Virus record (IMG/VR): IMGVR_UViG_3300047160_002519
Span: 1-64,000 of that record
Direction: 5' to 3' (one strand)
DNA: 64,000 nucleotides
Source: a virus
Shown here: positions 38,562 through 48,400 of the stretch, piece after piece
Layout of the letters: the number at the start of each line of letters is the position of its first letter
Position numbering within the stretch: position 1 is the first letter of the stretch
Notes under the pieces: model-generated
Told to the model about the DNA's origin: nothing
What the model saw: the letters and a program-made list of their open reading frames with translations, nothing else
The model's database searches: none
Program-made: the position numbers and the translations under genes

Positions 38562-38780
38562 ATGGAGGGAGAGATGATCCTGTTTTTAGCACCCGAAGGA
38601 CCGAAGATGTCCTACGACAACGGCATGCTCGTGATGGAGGATTTGAACCCCGAGCAGAAGATGACGTGGCGCATGAGCCGGGGCGACATGGTCCGCCTCG
38701 CCCTGAAATGTTTGCGCTGCGCGATCACAAGGGGTAATCAGGGACAACCACCCCTGCCGAGGGAAGCCAGTCATGATTGA
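38562..38780 (+). CDS. Hypothetical protein
   Basis: Tiled ORF. Confidence 0.5.
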   Translation: MEGEMILFLAPEGPKMSYDNGMLVMEDLNPEQKMTWRMSRGDMVRLALKCLRCAITRGNQGQPPLPREASHD

Positions 38781-38946
38781 GCTTGAGGAGATCGATCTCG
38801 CCGCGCACAGCCCCGCGAGCGCGAACAAGACCAGGGCAGGCCGCAAGCATATGGCACGCGCCATCGAGAGATGGAAGGCGATGCCGAAATGGAGGCGGCA
38901 GTTGCGCGTCATTGAGGGCAAAAATAGAAAGAAGCGGGGCCAATGA
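38773..38946 (+). CDS. Small basic protein, paralog 1
   Basis: MIELEEIDLAAH...W.AMPKWRRQLRVIE, hand translated. Confidence 0.65.
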   Translation: MIELEEIDLAAHSPASANKTRAGRKHMARAIERWKAMPKWRRQLRVIEGKNRKKRGQ

Positions 38947-39152
38947 TTGATCTCGACGAAATCGACCTCTCAGCGCACCACGATCACGAGAGCAAGCGCC
39001 CGAGCGCGAAGCGAATCAGGCAGGCCAAGAAGATGATCCCGCTATCGCGAGCGACATGGGAAAGGATGCCGCACTGGAAACGGCAATTGCGCGTGATCGA
39101 GGCAGCCAAGAAGCGCAAGAACCGGCGACTGTGTACAGCTTGTGAGGGGTAA
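38943..39152 (+). CDS. Small basic protein, paralog 2
   Basis: MIDLDEIDLSAH...W.RMPHWKRQLRVIE. Confidence 0.65.
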   Translation: MIDLDEIDLSAHHDHESKRPSAKRIRQAKKMIPLSRATWERMPHWKRQLRVIEAAKKRKNRRLCTACEG

Positions 39153-39194
39153 TACTATCCGGGTAAAATAGAGAGAATGAGGGAGATTCGCAGA

Positions 39195-39662
39195 ATGGGT
39201 AGCCGAATGGGCAGACCGAAGGGCGCAAAGAACCTTTCCACCCGCGCCAGGGAGGAAAAGCAGAAGGCTGACATAGCAGCCGCGCTGAAGAAGGCCAGAG
39301 CGGCTGGCCGGGCCGATCCGCGGAGCGCGATGGACGAAATCTATAAGGCCCTGGCGCTTTCGGAAGCAGTCACGTCGAGGCTGCGGCCGCGTGCGATCGA
39401 GCAGGACATGCACGGCAACCTGACGATTATCGGCGGGGACATCGATCGGTTCGGGGATTGGTTCGATCGCTGGAAGGGCTGCATCGATTCGCTGGCGAAA
39501 TACCAATTGGCACCGATCAAGGCCATGGATGCACCGACTCCGCCGCCGACCCCAGAGGATATCGAGAAGGGCTCGAAGGTGGTGTTCGGGCTGCGCGTCT
39601 TCGAGGGCGGCCGTCCGGTCACGCCGCTCGGCCAGGACGAGTCCGAGGACGATGACGATTAA
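39195..39662 (+). CDS. terS: Terminase small subunit candidate
   Basis: GRPKGAKN start, LAKY...P motif, upstream of TerL. Confidence 0.6.
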   Translation: MGSRMGRPKGAKNLSTRAREEKQKADIAAALKKARAAGRADPRSAMDEIYKALALSEAVTSRLRPRAIEQDMHGNLTIIGGDIDRFGDWFDRWKGCIDSLAKYQLAPIKAMDAPTPPPTPEDIEKGSKVVFGLRVFEGGRPVTPLGQDESEDDDD

Positions 39663-39676
39663 GGGAGGCTGCATCC

Positions 39677-39865
39677 ATGAGTGAGATCGAGCAAGCCTAC
39701 GAACGCGGCCGTAGAGACATGGCACAGGAAGTGTTCGCTCTGGCTGAGGAGACCCGGGATAAGTTCCACGGCAAGGATGCGGACTTCGATCGCGGCCGTA
39801 TGGTCGAGGCCAAGTCGATCGCAAAAGCCATCGGCGCAATCCTGCCGCCCAAGGAGGACGAGTGA
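39677..39865 (+). CDS. Hypothetical protein
   Basis: RBS GGAGG, tiled. Confidence 0.5.
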   Translation: MSEIEQAYERGRRDMAQEVFALAEETRDKFHGKDADFDRGRMVEAKSIAKAIGAILPPKEDE

Positions 39866-40414
39866 AATGACCGAACCGAGACGTGAGGACATCAACTGCA
39901 CGGCGGAACTGATCGAGACGGCCGACCTTGTTATGATCCAGCACGGCGACAAGAGGGGCGCGTTTGACCGCCAGATTCAGGCGTTGATCGCGACTGCGCT
40001 GCGGCACTATGCCGATCGAGATGCGCGGGAAGATGACGCTTGGGACACGCAGGAGCGTAATAACTGATGAATCCCGACCGGGCTATTCGCAATCTTTCGA
40101 TCGCCATTGTCTGCCTGGGCATCTCACAGTTTATGATTGTGGTGGCTGTCCTGCTCCACATTTGGAAGTGACAATGAAGATGGAAGGCGCAATCACCCTA
40201 TGATGACAGACGCAGAGATGGTGCGCTGGCTGGAGCTTTCGCCGGAGGAAGGCCGCAAGCTCGTCGAGGAGGAGTTGACGCCGGAAAAGCGGGTGCTGCT
40301 CGATCGATTGAAAAAGATGACAGATGAGCGGGAGATCGTAATGACACGAGGGTGCGTGCGTGCGATGGGCATCATGAGTGCGGCCGACTTTCATCGCATC
40401 TGCGGGGAGGCTGA

Positions 40415-41737
40415 GTGAATGTCCACCCGACCAAATGGGTAGAGTTTCAGCGACCGTCGCTCTACCGCAAACAATTCAAAGCGATCTACGATCCACACCG
40501 TTACTCGCTGATCGAGGCATCGACTAAATCCGGTAAGACATCGGGCTGCATTGCGTGGCTGGTCGAGCAGGCGCTCGCCGGTCATGACGGCATGAACTAT
40601 TGGTGGGTGGCCCCGGTAAGCGATCAATCGCTGATTGCCTTTCGCCGCATGCGCCGCTCGATCGGGCCGAAGAATCACACCGCGAACATTTCGCTCAAGA
40701 CCATCACGCTGCTCAACGGCGCGGTGGTCTGGTTCAAGTCGGGCGACAAGCCCGACAGCCTCTACGGCGAGGACGTCTATGCGTGCGTGCTCGATGAAGC
40801 GAGCCGCATGAAAGAGGAAAGCTACATCGCGGTTCGGACCACGCTGACCTACACGCGCGGCCCGGTGCGCATCATCGGAAATGTCAGAGGGCGCAAGAAC
40901 TGGTTCTACCAGATGGCCCGGCGCGCGGAGCGCGAGACCAAGCTGGGGATCGAGCCGCGCGAGTTGAGCTACCACAAGATCGTGGCGGGCGACGCGGTCA
41001 AGGCGGGCGTGCTTGAGGAAAAGGAGATCGAGGAAGCCAGGGGGCAGATGCCGGAGTCGTGGTTTCGCGAATTGTACTATGCGGAGGCCAGCGACGACGG
41101 CGGCAATCCATTTGGGCAACAGCACATCGACGCCTGCACGCTACCGAACCTGGGCGGGGGCGTCTGCTCGAACAAGCCGCCGCGTGCTTGGGGCTGGGAC
41201 TTCGCCAAGAAGCGGGACTTCTGCGTCGGGATCGGACTCGATGAGGACGGCGCGGTCTGCCGCTTCATCCGGTACCAGGGGGTGCCATGGGGCGAGGTGA
41301 TCAACCGCGTGGTGGCAGAGACCGGCTACACCCCGGCGCTGGGCGACTCTACTGGCGTCGGGGACCCGGTGGTCGAGGATATCCAGCGAAGGCTCTCAGG
41401 AGCCGTTCCGGAGCCCGGTGAGGGGACTTTCCAGGGCTACAACTTCACCAACGCCAGCAAGCAGAAACTCATGGAGGGCCTCGCTGTGGCCATCCAGACC
41501 CGAACCTGCTGGTTTCCTGCGGGCGTCATCAAGGACGAGCTTGAGCAGTTCGAGTACACGATCTCGAAGGTGGGGGTAGTCAAGTACAGCGCGCCGGAGG
41601 GCTACCACGACGACTGCGTGATGGCGCTGGCGCTGGCGCGGATGTGCTTCGCGATGGTGCCCGGGCAAGTCCGGGTATCTCAGGACCTCATCCGGCAGGT
41701 CCGGCAGATGCCCAGGCGGCGACGGATCGGGGGCTGA
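40415..41737 (+). CDS. terL: Terminase large subunit
   Basis: Walker A-like TKSGKT, WWVAP, VLDEA, GWDFAK, HDDCVMALALA. Confidence 0.95.
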   Translation: MNVHPTKWVEFQRPSLYRKQFKAIYDPHRYSLIEASTKSGKTSGCIAWLVEQALAGHDGMNYWWVAPVSDQSLIAFRRMRRSIGPKNHTANISLKTITLLNGAVVWFKSGDKPDSLYGEDVYACVLDEASRMKEESYIAVRTTLTYTRGPVRIIGNVRGRKNWFYQMARRAERETKLGIEPRELSYHKIVAGDAVKAGVLEEKEIEEARGQMPESWFRELYYAEASDDGGNPFGQQHIDACTLPNLGGGVCSNKPPRAWGWDFAKKRDFCVGIGLDEDGAVCRFIRYQGVPWGEVINRVVAETGYTPALGDSTGVGDPVVEDIQRRLSGAVPEPGEGTFQGYNFTNASKQKLMEGLAVAIQTRTCWFPAGVIKDELEQFEYTISKVGVVKYSAPEGYHDDCVMALALARMCFAMVPGQVRVSQDLIRQVRQMPRRRRIGG

Positions 41738-41818
41738 TTCTGGGTTTGTTCTTACGTGGAGATAAATGGTCGGATTTCGAGCTATTTTTCTCCATGCATC
41801 AAAAAGGGAGTACCAAGG

Positions 41819-42046
41819 ATGAACGAAGCCTTTGCGATGTGGATGCTGATGCTCGTGTTCCCGGGCTCGAACTATGCGGTCTACAACTTCCACGACGAGC
41901 CAAGCTGCGAGATCGTCCGCAAGCAAGTCGTTGAAAAGATTAAGAACGTGGAGGCCGCCTGCATGTTCGTCCCCGCGCTTGATGCGCAGATTGCGGGCAG
42001 GCAGCGGCAGGCCGACCACGACCACCCGCACCCGGATCAGCACTGA
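41819..42046 (+). CDS. Small hydrophobic-leader Cys-pair protein
   Basis: MWMLMLVF...F.D..SC...A.C. Confidence 0.5.
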   Translation: MNEAFAMWMLMLVFPGSNYAVYNFHDEPSCEIVRKQVVEKIKNVEAACMFVPALDAQIAGRQRQADHDHPHPDQH

Positions 42047-42323
42047 TGCAGCAATGGACCCAGACCACGACCACCTACTGGGACACAAACGCGATTGAGT
42101 GGTGGACCCCAGCGCCCGAGCCACCGCGATGGGAGCTTGACGACAAGGGCAAGAAGCGGAGCGCGATGTGGTTGTTCTGGGTTTTGCCCCAGCGTAGTCT
42201 CCGGGCCGATCGGCGGACGGCAGGGCGAGTCGATGTCGTCGTTTTTATCGATCGACATAAACGACTCGCCCGATCCCGAACCAAACGGCATGCATTTGGA
42301 CATTCGCCGCGAAAGGGAAGCGC

Positions 42324-42581
42324 ATGAGAATGCAGGGGATGATTATCCCAGCGGCCATAATCCTGACGTTGTTTGGGGCGGCCATGCCCGTAGCGGGAGC
42401 AGAGGAGAAGCGGGGCGGGGGCTTCGATTATTTCGGAGCTTGGCACGCAGATGTCGATCAAAGTCACGTCCAGCAACCGGCGGCGACGGCTGGAGCACGC
42501 AACCGCCACCATTATCCACGAGCTAAACGGCATGTCCGCTGCAGCCCTGACGCACAGGGCGAGATGCATTGCAGACAATGA
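42324..42581 (+). CDS. Small secreted protein
   Basis: Signal peptide ending AGA|E; C-terminal Cys pair. Confidence 0.5.
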   Translation: MRMQGMIIPAAIILTLFGAAMPVAGAEEKRGGGFDYFGAWHADVDQSHVQQPAATAGARNRHHYPRAKRHVRCSPDAQGEMHCRQ

Positions 42582-42790
42582 GATGCGGCTGCGTTTCGAA
42601 CTGCAGTGGCAGCGCGAGATAGCCGCCCTGAAGGAAGGTTCACATGAAGGCCACGAAAGCAGCTAACAAGCCGTCAAAGAAGCATGCTACAGCTTCGGCA
42701 TCAAAGGCGAGTTCGGCATCGGGCTCGGCATCGGGCTCCGTCGACGTTGACATCGATATTTCAACACCACTCTCAAAGGAGGCACGAAGA

Positions 42791-43267
42791 ATGGCACAGC
42801 AAGTCACCATCATCGGCAAAATGACGAAGGCGGACGGCACGACCGAATCCGTACAGATTGACGGCATCGCCGCATTGCAGGTTGATCCGGGGTATGGAAT
42901 CCCCGCCCCGCCCTATCCGGGACAGCCGCCGGTGCAGCCGCCCGGCATCTGGGGACCGCCCGGACCCTGGCCGACCCCGCCGATCTTTCTGCCGCCCGGT
43001 GGCGGCGGAATGCCTCCGGGTGTGGTCACACCACCGATCTACTATCCGCCGGAGGTGTCGCATCCGATCGTGCTGCCCGAGCCGCCGGAGATTCCGGAAA
43101 TCCCGGAACGCCCGCCGATCACGCCGCCCGGTGGCATCCTCGGTGAGGGCTGGCAGTGGTACTACACGCAGATGTTCGGCTGGATACTCGTCTATCGCCC
43201 GCCCGGTGGCGGTGGCAAGCCGCAGCCGCCGCTTGGCAACGCGCCGATTGCGACCCCGCACAAGTAG
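42791..43267 (+). CDS. Proline-rich repeat protein
   Basis: RBS AGGAGG; PPGIWG, PTPPI.LPP repeats. Confidence 0.7.
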   Translation: MAQQVTIIGKMTKADGTTESVQIDGIAALQVDPGYGIPAPPYPGQPPVQPPGIWGPPGPWPTPPIFLPPGGGGMPPGVVTPPIYYPPEVSHPIVLPEPPEIPEIPERPPITPPGGILGEGWQWYYTQMFGWILVYRPPGGGGKPQPPLGNAPIATPHK

Positions 43268-43325
43268 CGTGATAGGCGCGGCGGCATCGGATGTGCTACC
43301 CCGATGCAAGCCGCGCCACCCCAGG

Positions 43326-43353
43326 GGAGCCGACGCGCCACGTCGGCTCCTTT
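43326..43353 (+). terminator. Terminator-like hairpin
   Basis: GGAGCCGACG/CGTCGGCTCC followed by TTT. Confidence 0.6.
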
Positions 43354-43493
43354 GCGTTTCGGGGATGATAATCCCGCAAAGATACACAGATGACATCTAA
43401 GTGTGCCAGTGTGGCACAAAAGCACTAGCAATCATCCGCGAACCCTGAGATGTACACGGCGTCACTTCAACCGACGACTTAGGGGTTTTCATC

Positions 43494-44375
43494 ATGAAGC
43501 GGACTTTGATGGCTGCCATCACCCTGATGGCGGTATCGCCTGCATGCGCGGGCGACAAGACTAACGCCACTGCGATCTCAGGATCGCAATCCAACTCAGC
43601 CTCTCTCTCAGCCTCGAAGGCCAGCGCCACCGCGATCGGCAACAGGAACTCGGCCAACGCGCAGGGCGGCACCGGCGTCGGCGTCGGCACCGGCGGGAAC
43701 GTCAATATCGCTGGCGCACCCGCGCAGACCGCGCAGACCATCACGCAACAGGGCTCCACCTCAGTCACCACCGTTCCAAGCGTGTTCGCGCCAGGATTGG
43801 CGGCGGCGGGCATCGAAAGCTGCCTGGGTTCGGTCTCGGGCGGCGGCTCTTGGCTGGGAACCGGCATTACGCTCGGTGGTTCGATCCCGGACTTGGACTG
43901 CACCCGCAGGCTCGATGCCAGGACGCTCTGGAGTTTCGGGCTGCGCGAACAGGCGGTGGCCCGCATGTGTGACAGCCCGGCGAACCGGCGCGTCATGCCC
44001 GACATTTGCGCCCGCTTCGGCTACGCAGTCGAAGTCGCGCCAGGACCGGCGTCCTTCTTCGCTCCAGCACCGGCAGTGTATGCTCCGGAGGCAGGGCAGG
44101 TCCCGAACAGCGACCATTACTCGGGCTCGCTTCAGCAGGGCGCTTACTACAGCGACCCGTCCACCTATCGCGGCGGGCCGATCATGCTCACTGACGGCAG
44201 GACCGGACAGGAGCGCCTCTGCAATAATTACGATCTGAAGCACACCAAGTGCCGCGCCTGGGATGGCGTGCAGATCGCGCACAGTTCTCCGCGACCGAAG
44301 CAAATGGCCGCGAAGAAGTCCGCCCCGATCAGGACGGACGGTAACCCGGCCGTGGCATCCGCCCCGGTCAACTGA
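43494..44375 (+). CDS. Secreted protein, Ser/Ala/Gly-rich N-half plus Cys-paired domain
   Basis: Signal peptide ending ACA|G; CLGSVSGG...C..RLDAR.L...G...AVARMC. Confidence 0.75.
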   Translation: MKRTLMAAITLMAVSPACAGDKTNATAISGSQSNSASLSASKASATAIGNRNSANAQGGTGVGVGTGGNVNIAGAPAQTAQTITQQGSTSVTTVPSVFAPGLAAAGIESCLGSVSGGGSWLGTGITLGGSIPDLDCTRRLDARTLWSFGLREQAVARMCDSPANRRVMPDICARFGYAVEVAPGPASFFAPAPAVYAPEAGQVPNSDHYSGSLQQGAYYSDPSTYRGGPIMLTDGRTGQERLCNNYDLKHTKCRAWDGVQIAHSSPRPKQMAAKKSAPIRTDGNPAVASAPVN

Positions 44376-44403
44376 AACCTTACCAAACGAGGATGATACT
44401 CAC

Positions 44404-44760
44404 ATGAAGAAGCTTTTGATCTCTGCGTCGCTGGCGGCTGCTTTGGCTCTGATCTCTGCCCCGGCGATGTCCCAGACCGCCATCACGGCATCCGGCTCCG
44501 GCCAGATCACGTCGAGCGCCTCGGGCGTCGTCACCCACGGCTTGGCGGTTGGCGTCGCAGCGGGTAATCAGGTGAACACCGGGCAGGCTGCTGGTGTGGC
44601 AGTCAACACTCCGGCGGGGAGCTTGACGGCTGCGATCTCGCAGAACCAGAGCCTGGGCAACTCCAGCACCTTCACGGCTGGCGCGCTGGGTGGCAGCGCA
44701 GCGGCTGCGAACACTGGTTTCAACCTGGGCGCGGCTGGCTCGGTCGCGAACACTCACTAG
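44404..44760 (+). CDS. Secreted low-complexity A/G/S/N/Q protein
   Basis: MKKLLISASLAAALALISAPAMS|Q; no D/E/K/R in the mature part. Confidence 0.75.
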   Translation: MKKLLISASLAAALALISAPAMSQTAITASGSGQITSSASGVVTHGLAVGVAAGNQVNTGQAAGVAVNTPAGSLTAAISQNQSLGNSSTFTAGALGGSAAAANTGFNLGAAGSVANTH

Positions 44761-44813
44761 AGTTGGCTTGGGAGCCGGATGACGTTCGCGTGATCCGGTA
44801 AATCAAGTACAAG

Positions 44814-44858
44814 TCGGCCCGCCTCTGTCCCCAAAGGAAGCGGGCCGATCTGCTTTTT
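44814..44858 (+). terminator. Rho-independent terminator
   Basis: TCGGCCCGC/GCGGGCCGA followed by T tract. Confidence 0.55.
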
Positions 44859-44992
44859 ACGGGTCAAGTCATTTTTCAAGTTTCAAGTTAGCCTACTGCC
44901 GCAAGGGCTCCGTGTCCTGAAACGAGCCGATTCCGCGATTTGGCAAAAGTCGATTTGGTATGATGCGCGCGTCAATAACAGTGGGTAGCACC

Positions 44993-45232
44993 ATGACGCA
45001 CGAACTCGACATTCCCGACTTCCTCAAAGCCACGCCGGAGAACACGGCCGCCGCGCGCAAAGCGTGGAAGGCCAAGAAGTCGGGCAAGAAGAAGGCGATC
45101 AAGCGGCGGCCGTTTCATCTGCCCAAGACCATGGAGCCTGCAGGACTAGCGCTTTTGAAGCAGATCGAGGCCGACAAGGCGGCCAAGCGCGAGGCACGCT
45201 TCGCCATGCTAAAGTCACGCAACCGCCGTTAG
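44993..45232 (+). CDS. Small basic protein
   Basis: LDIPDFLK motif near N-terminus. Confidence 0.5.
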   Translation: MTHELDIPDFLKATPENTAAARKAWKAKKSGKKKAIKRRPFHLPKTMEPAGLALLKQIEADKAAKREARFAMLKSRNRR

Positions 45233-45407
45233 ACTTCATGGCCCGCGCGTGATAGACGTCCCCTCCGTCGCCAGGGCTCCACGCTCGAAGCGGCTTCATG
45301 AGAGACCCCAGGCCCTCCGGGTGTGATGCCCCTATCCGGAGGGCCGTCTTGTGTCCGCATTCGCGATCTGCGATCTTGAAAAAGAATCAAGACGTGGGGA
45401 ATCAAAG

Positions 45408-48400
45408 ATGGCGAACGGTTGGGGTGGACACCGCAACGGCTCCGGGCGCAAGCGCACGCGCTCCAATGTGATTCCCTTCAAAGCCAAGCCGAAGCTGATC
45501 GAGGCCACGGCGATCGAGCGGCCCCGCCCGATGTTCTCCGACGAATCGGTGCGGCTGATCATTGAAGCGATGAGCGAGCAGCAAGGGCGGGCGCGCAACC
45601 GGCCCCGCACGCCCGATTGGAATCCGTACATCATCCGCCAGCATCTCTTCGGTGCATCTGCGAATCACATCGCGAGGCACAAGCCACAGATGGCAATGGA
45701 TGCGAACCCGGCGCTGGCGGACGCCAACGCGGTCGCGGTGCAGGCGTGGCAGACCGGCGGGCTCGCGGGCAATGACGCGGCCGAAGGGCTGCTGTTCCTG
45801 GGCTACCCGTTCCTTTCCGAGATGGCGCAACGTGCGGAGTTTCGGCTGTTCGGGGAGATCATGTCAGAGGAGATGACCCGCAAATTCATCGACTTCAAAG
45901 GGACTGACGACGAATCCACAAAGGATGAGAAAAAAGACAAGGACAAGGGTCGCGAGGATGATGATGAGCGCGATCAAGACGACATGGCCGGTGATGAGGC
46001 CCCGCAACCGCTGTTCGGGGAGGACCCCCTCAAGCAGGAGGGAGCCGACCCGCTTGGACAGAAGCGCGATGACCCCGAGACCGACAAGGATGAAAAAGAG
46101 GCCCGATCCGACGATCGCAATAAGGAGATCGAACGCAAGATCGTCGAGCTTCGCGAGTTCGCTGACGACATCAAGCTGCGTCAGGTTTTCAAGATGCTGG
46201 CGCAACACGACAGCCAGTTCGGGATCGGTCATCTCTTCCTCGACTTGAAGGGCGCGAACCTCGACGATCCGCGCGACCCCGAGAACCGGATGGACATTGG
46301 TGACGGCCGCAATGACGTCTCGAAGTCCAAGCTATCACGGAACTGCTTGAAGGGGCTGCGCACGATCGAGCCGGTGTGGTGCTATCCGACGCTCTACAAC
46401 GCGACCAATCCGCTGCACCCGTCATGGTACGATCCCCAGGTCTGGTACGTGATGGGAAGCGAGATTCACAAGTCGCGACTGATCCCGCTGATCGGCCGCC
46501 CGGTGCCCGACATCCTGAAGCCCGCCTATGCATTCGGTGGATTGCCGATGACGCAGATGGCGCAGCCCTACGTCGATATCTGGCTGCGCACCCGGCAGAG
46601 CGTCGCGGAGATCATCCACGCCTTCTCGGTAATGGTGCTGCAAACCAACATGGGCACCACGGTGCAGCCGGGCGGATCGAGCGGCGGCGCGGGCGACGTC
46701 GTGGCGCGGATGATGTTGATGAACGCGCTGCGCGACAACCAGGGCATGATGATCATCGACAAGAGCACCGAGGACTTCAAGAACATCTCGGCTCCGCTCG
46801 GCACGCTCGATCAACTGCAGGCGCAAAGCCAAGAGCACATGTACAGTGTGGCGCGTATCCCGGCGGTAAAATGGACCGGGATTCAACCCCAAGGTCTCAA
46901 CGCCACGAGCGAAGGCGAAATGCGCGCCTTCAACGATACCATCCACGGCTATCAAGAGCAGCTATTCAGGACGGCGCTCAACACCATCGTCGACATCATG
47001 ATGATCTCGCTGTGGGGCAAGCGGGACCCAGACATCACGTTCGATTTCGCGGCGCTGCACGAGTTGACCGAAAAGGAGCAGGCCGAAGTCGAGAAGATGA
47101 AAGCCGAGACCGCGCAAATCCGCGTCGACTCGGGGATCGTCAGCCAGGAGGAGATCAGGGGCGTCTTGGTCGCGGACCCGGATTCGGATTTCCACGGGTT
47201 GGACCCGGAGGACACCCCAGACCTGCTGGGAGAGGAGGAACAAGGCCTCATCCCCCCAGGCGCAGGGAAGGCCGAACAGGGCATCCTGGGCGCGGGGGGT
47301 GCAGGTGGACCGCCCCAGCCCGGAAAGCCCCCAGGCGGGCCGCCCCAGGGCGGCAAGGGGCCTTTCAACGCGCCTGCCAAGCCCAAGCGGGCACCAGCAT
47401 TCGGCAAGGACGAAGCCCTGGGCCTTGGAACCGCGTTCCAAGACGCCGAGGGCAAGGACAAGCTCGGCTACTTCGAAGGCCTGGGCAAATTGGAGGTGAT
47501 CCCGGACAAGGACCAATGGCACGCGGAATACATCAGCGACTCTGACACAATCGAGGTGCAGCGAAAGCTGACGTTCGACCCAGCACAAGAGATCGTCCGG
47601 ACCTTGCTGCACGAGGCCGGTCACCGGGGCCAGATGCGGGAGGACAAGGCGGCCTTCCGGAGGTTCAAGAAGGCCAAGCTCGATACCACAGAGCACTTCG
47701 TGGCGCTGGCGAACAACGTCCACCTCGCGGACTTCCGCTGCACCGGGCACATCGAGGACAAGTCGGGCGAGATTTTCTCGGAGAGCTATGCGCACTGGTG
47801 TCTCGACATGCCAATGCCGGAGAAGCTGCAGCGGTTCTGGGACCGCGAGGGCGGTGATCCGATGGCGATGGATGCCGAGTGGGATGAGAGCAAGCATCCG
47901 CGCGATAAGAGCGGCAAGTTCGGCTCCGGCGGCGGGGGTGGGGCAAAAAAAGCTGAAGGCGCGGGAGCCGCCAAGCCAAAAGCCTCCCACCACGGCGGGC
48001 CGAACGCGAGCCCGCAGAAGCCGTTCGCTCCGCTGCACCCGTCGAGCCTGACGAAGGTCTCGGGCAAGATGGGATCGAACGAGGGGGGCGTCTACAAGGA
48101 CAAGGGCGGGCAGGAATACTACGTCAAGCAACCGAAGTCGGCGGCACACGTCACCAACGAGAACACCGCTGCGCGGCTCTACCAACTCACGGGCGCGCAT
48201 ACGCTCGAATACATGGATGCCGGGCCGAAACACGTCGCGACGAAGCTGGAGAAGCTCGTCGCGAACAACGTCAGCCAAATGACGTCCGAGGAGAAAAAGA
48301 CCGCGCAAAAGGACTTCATGACGCACGCATGGCTGGGCAATTGGGATGCGGCTGGGATGGGCGGCGACAATCAGGGTGTCCTCAACGGCAAAGTCACGAC

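Noticed and set aside
39148-39161. Additional operator upstream of terS
   Set aside because: GGTAATACTATCCG breaks both palindrome arms; too weak to count
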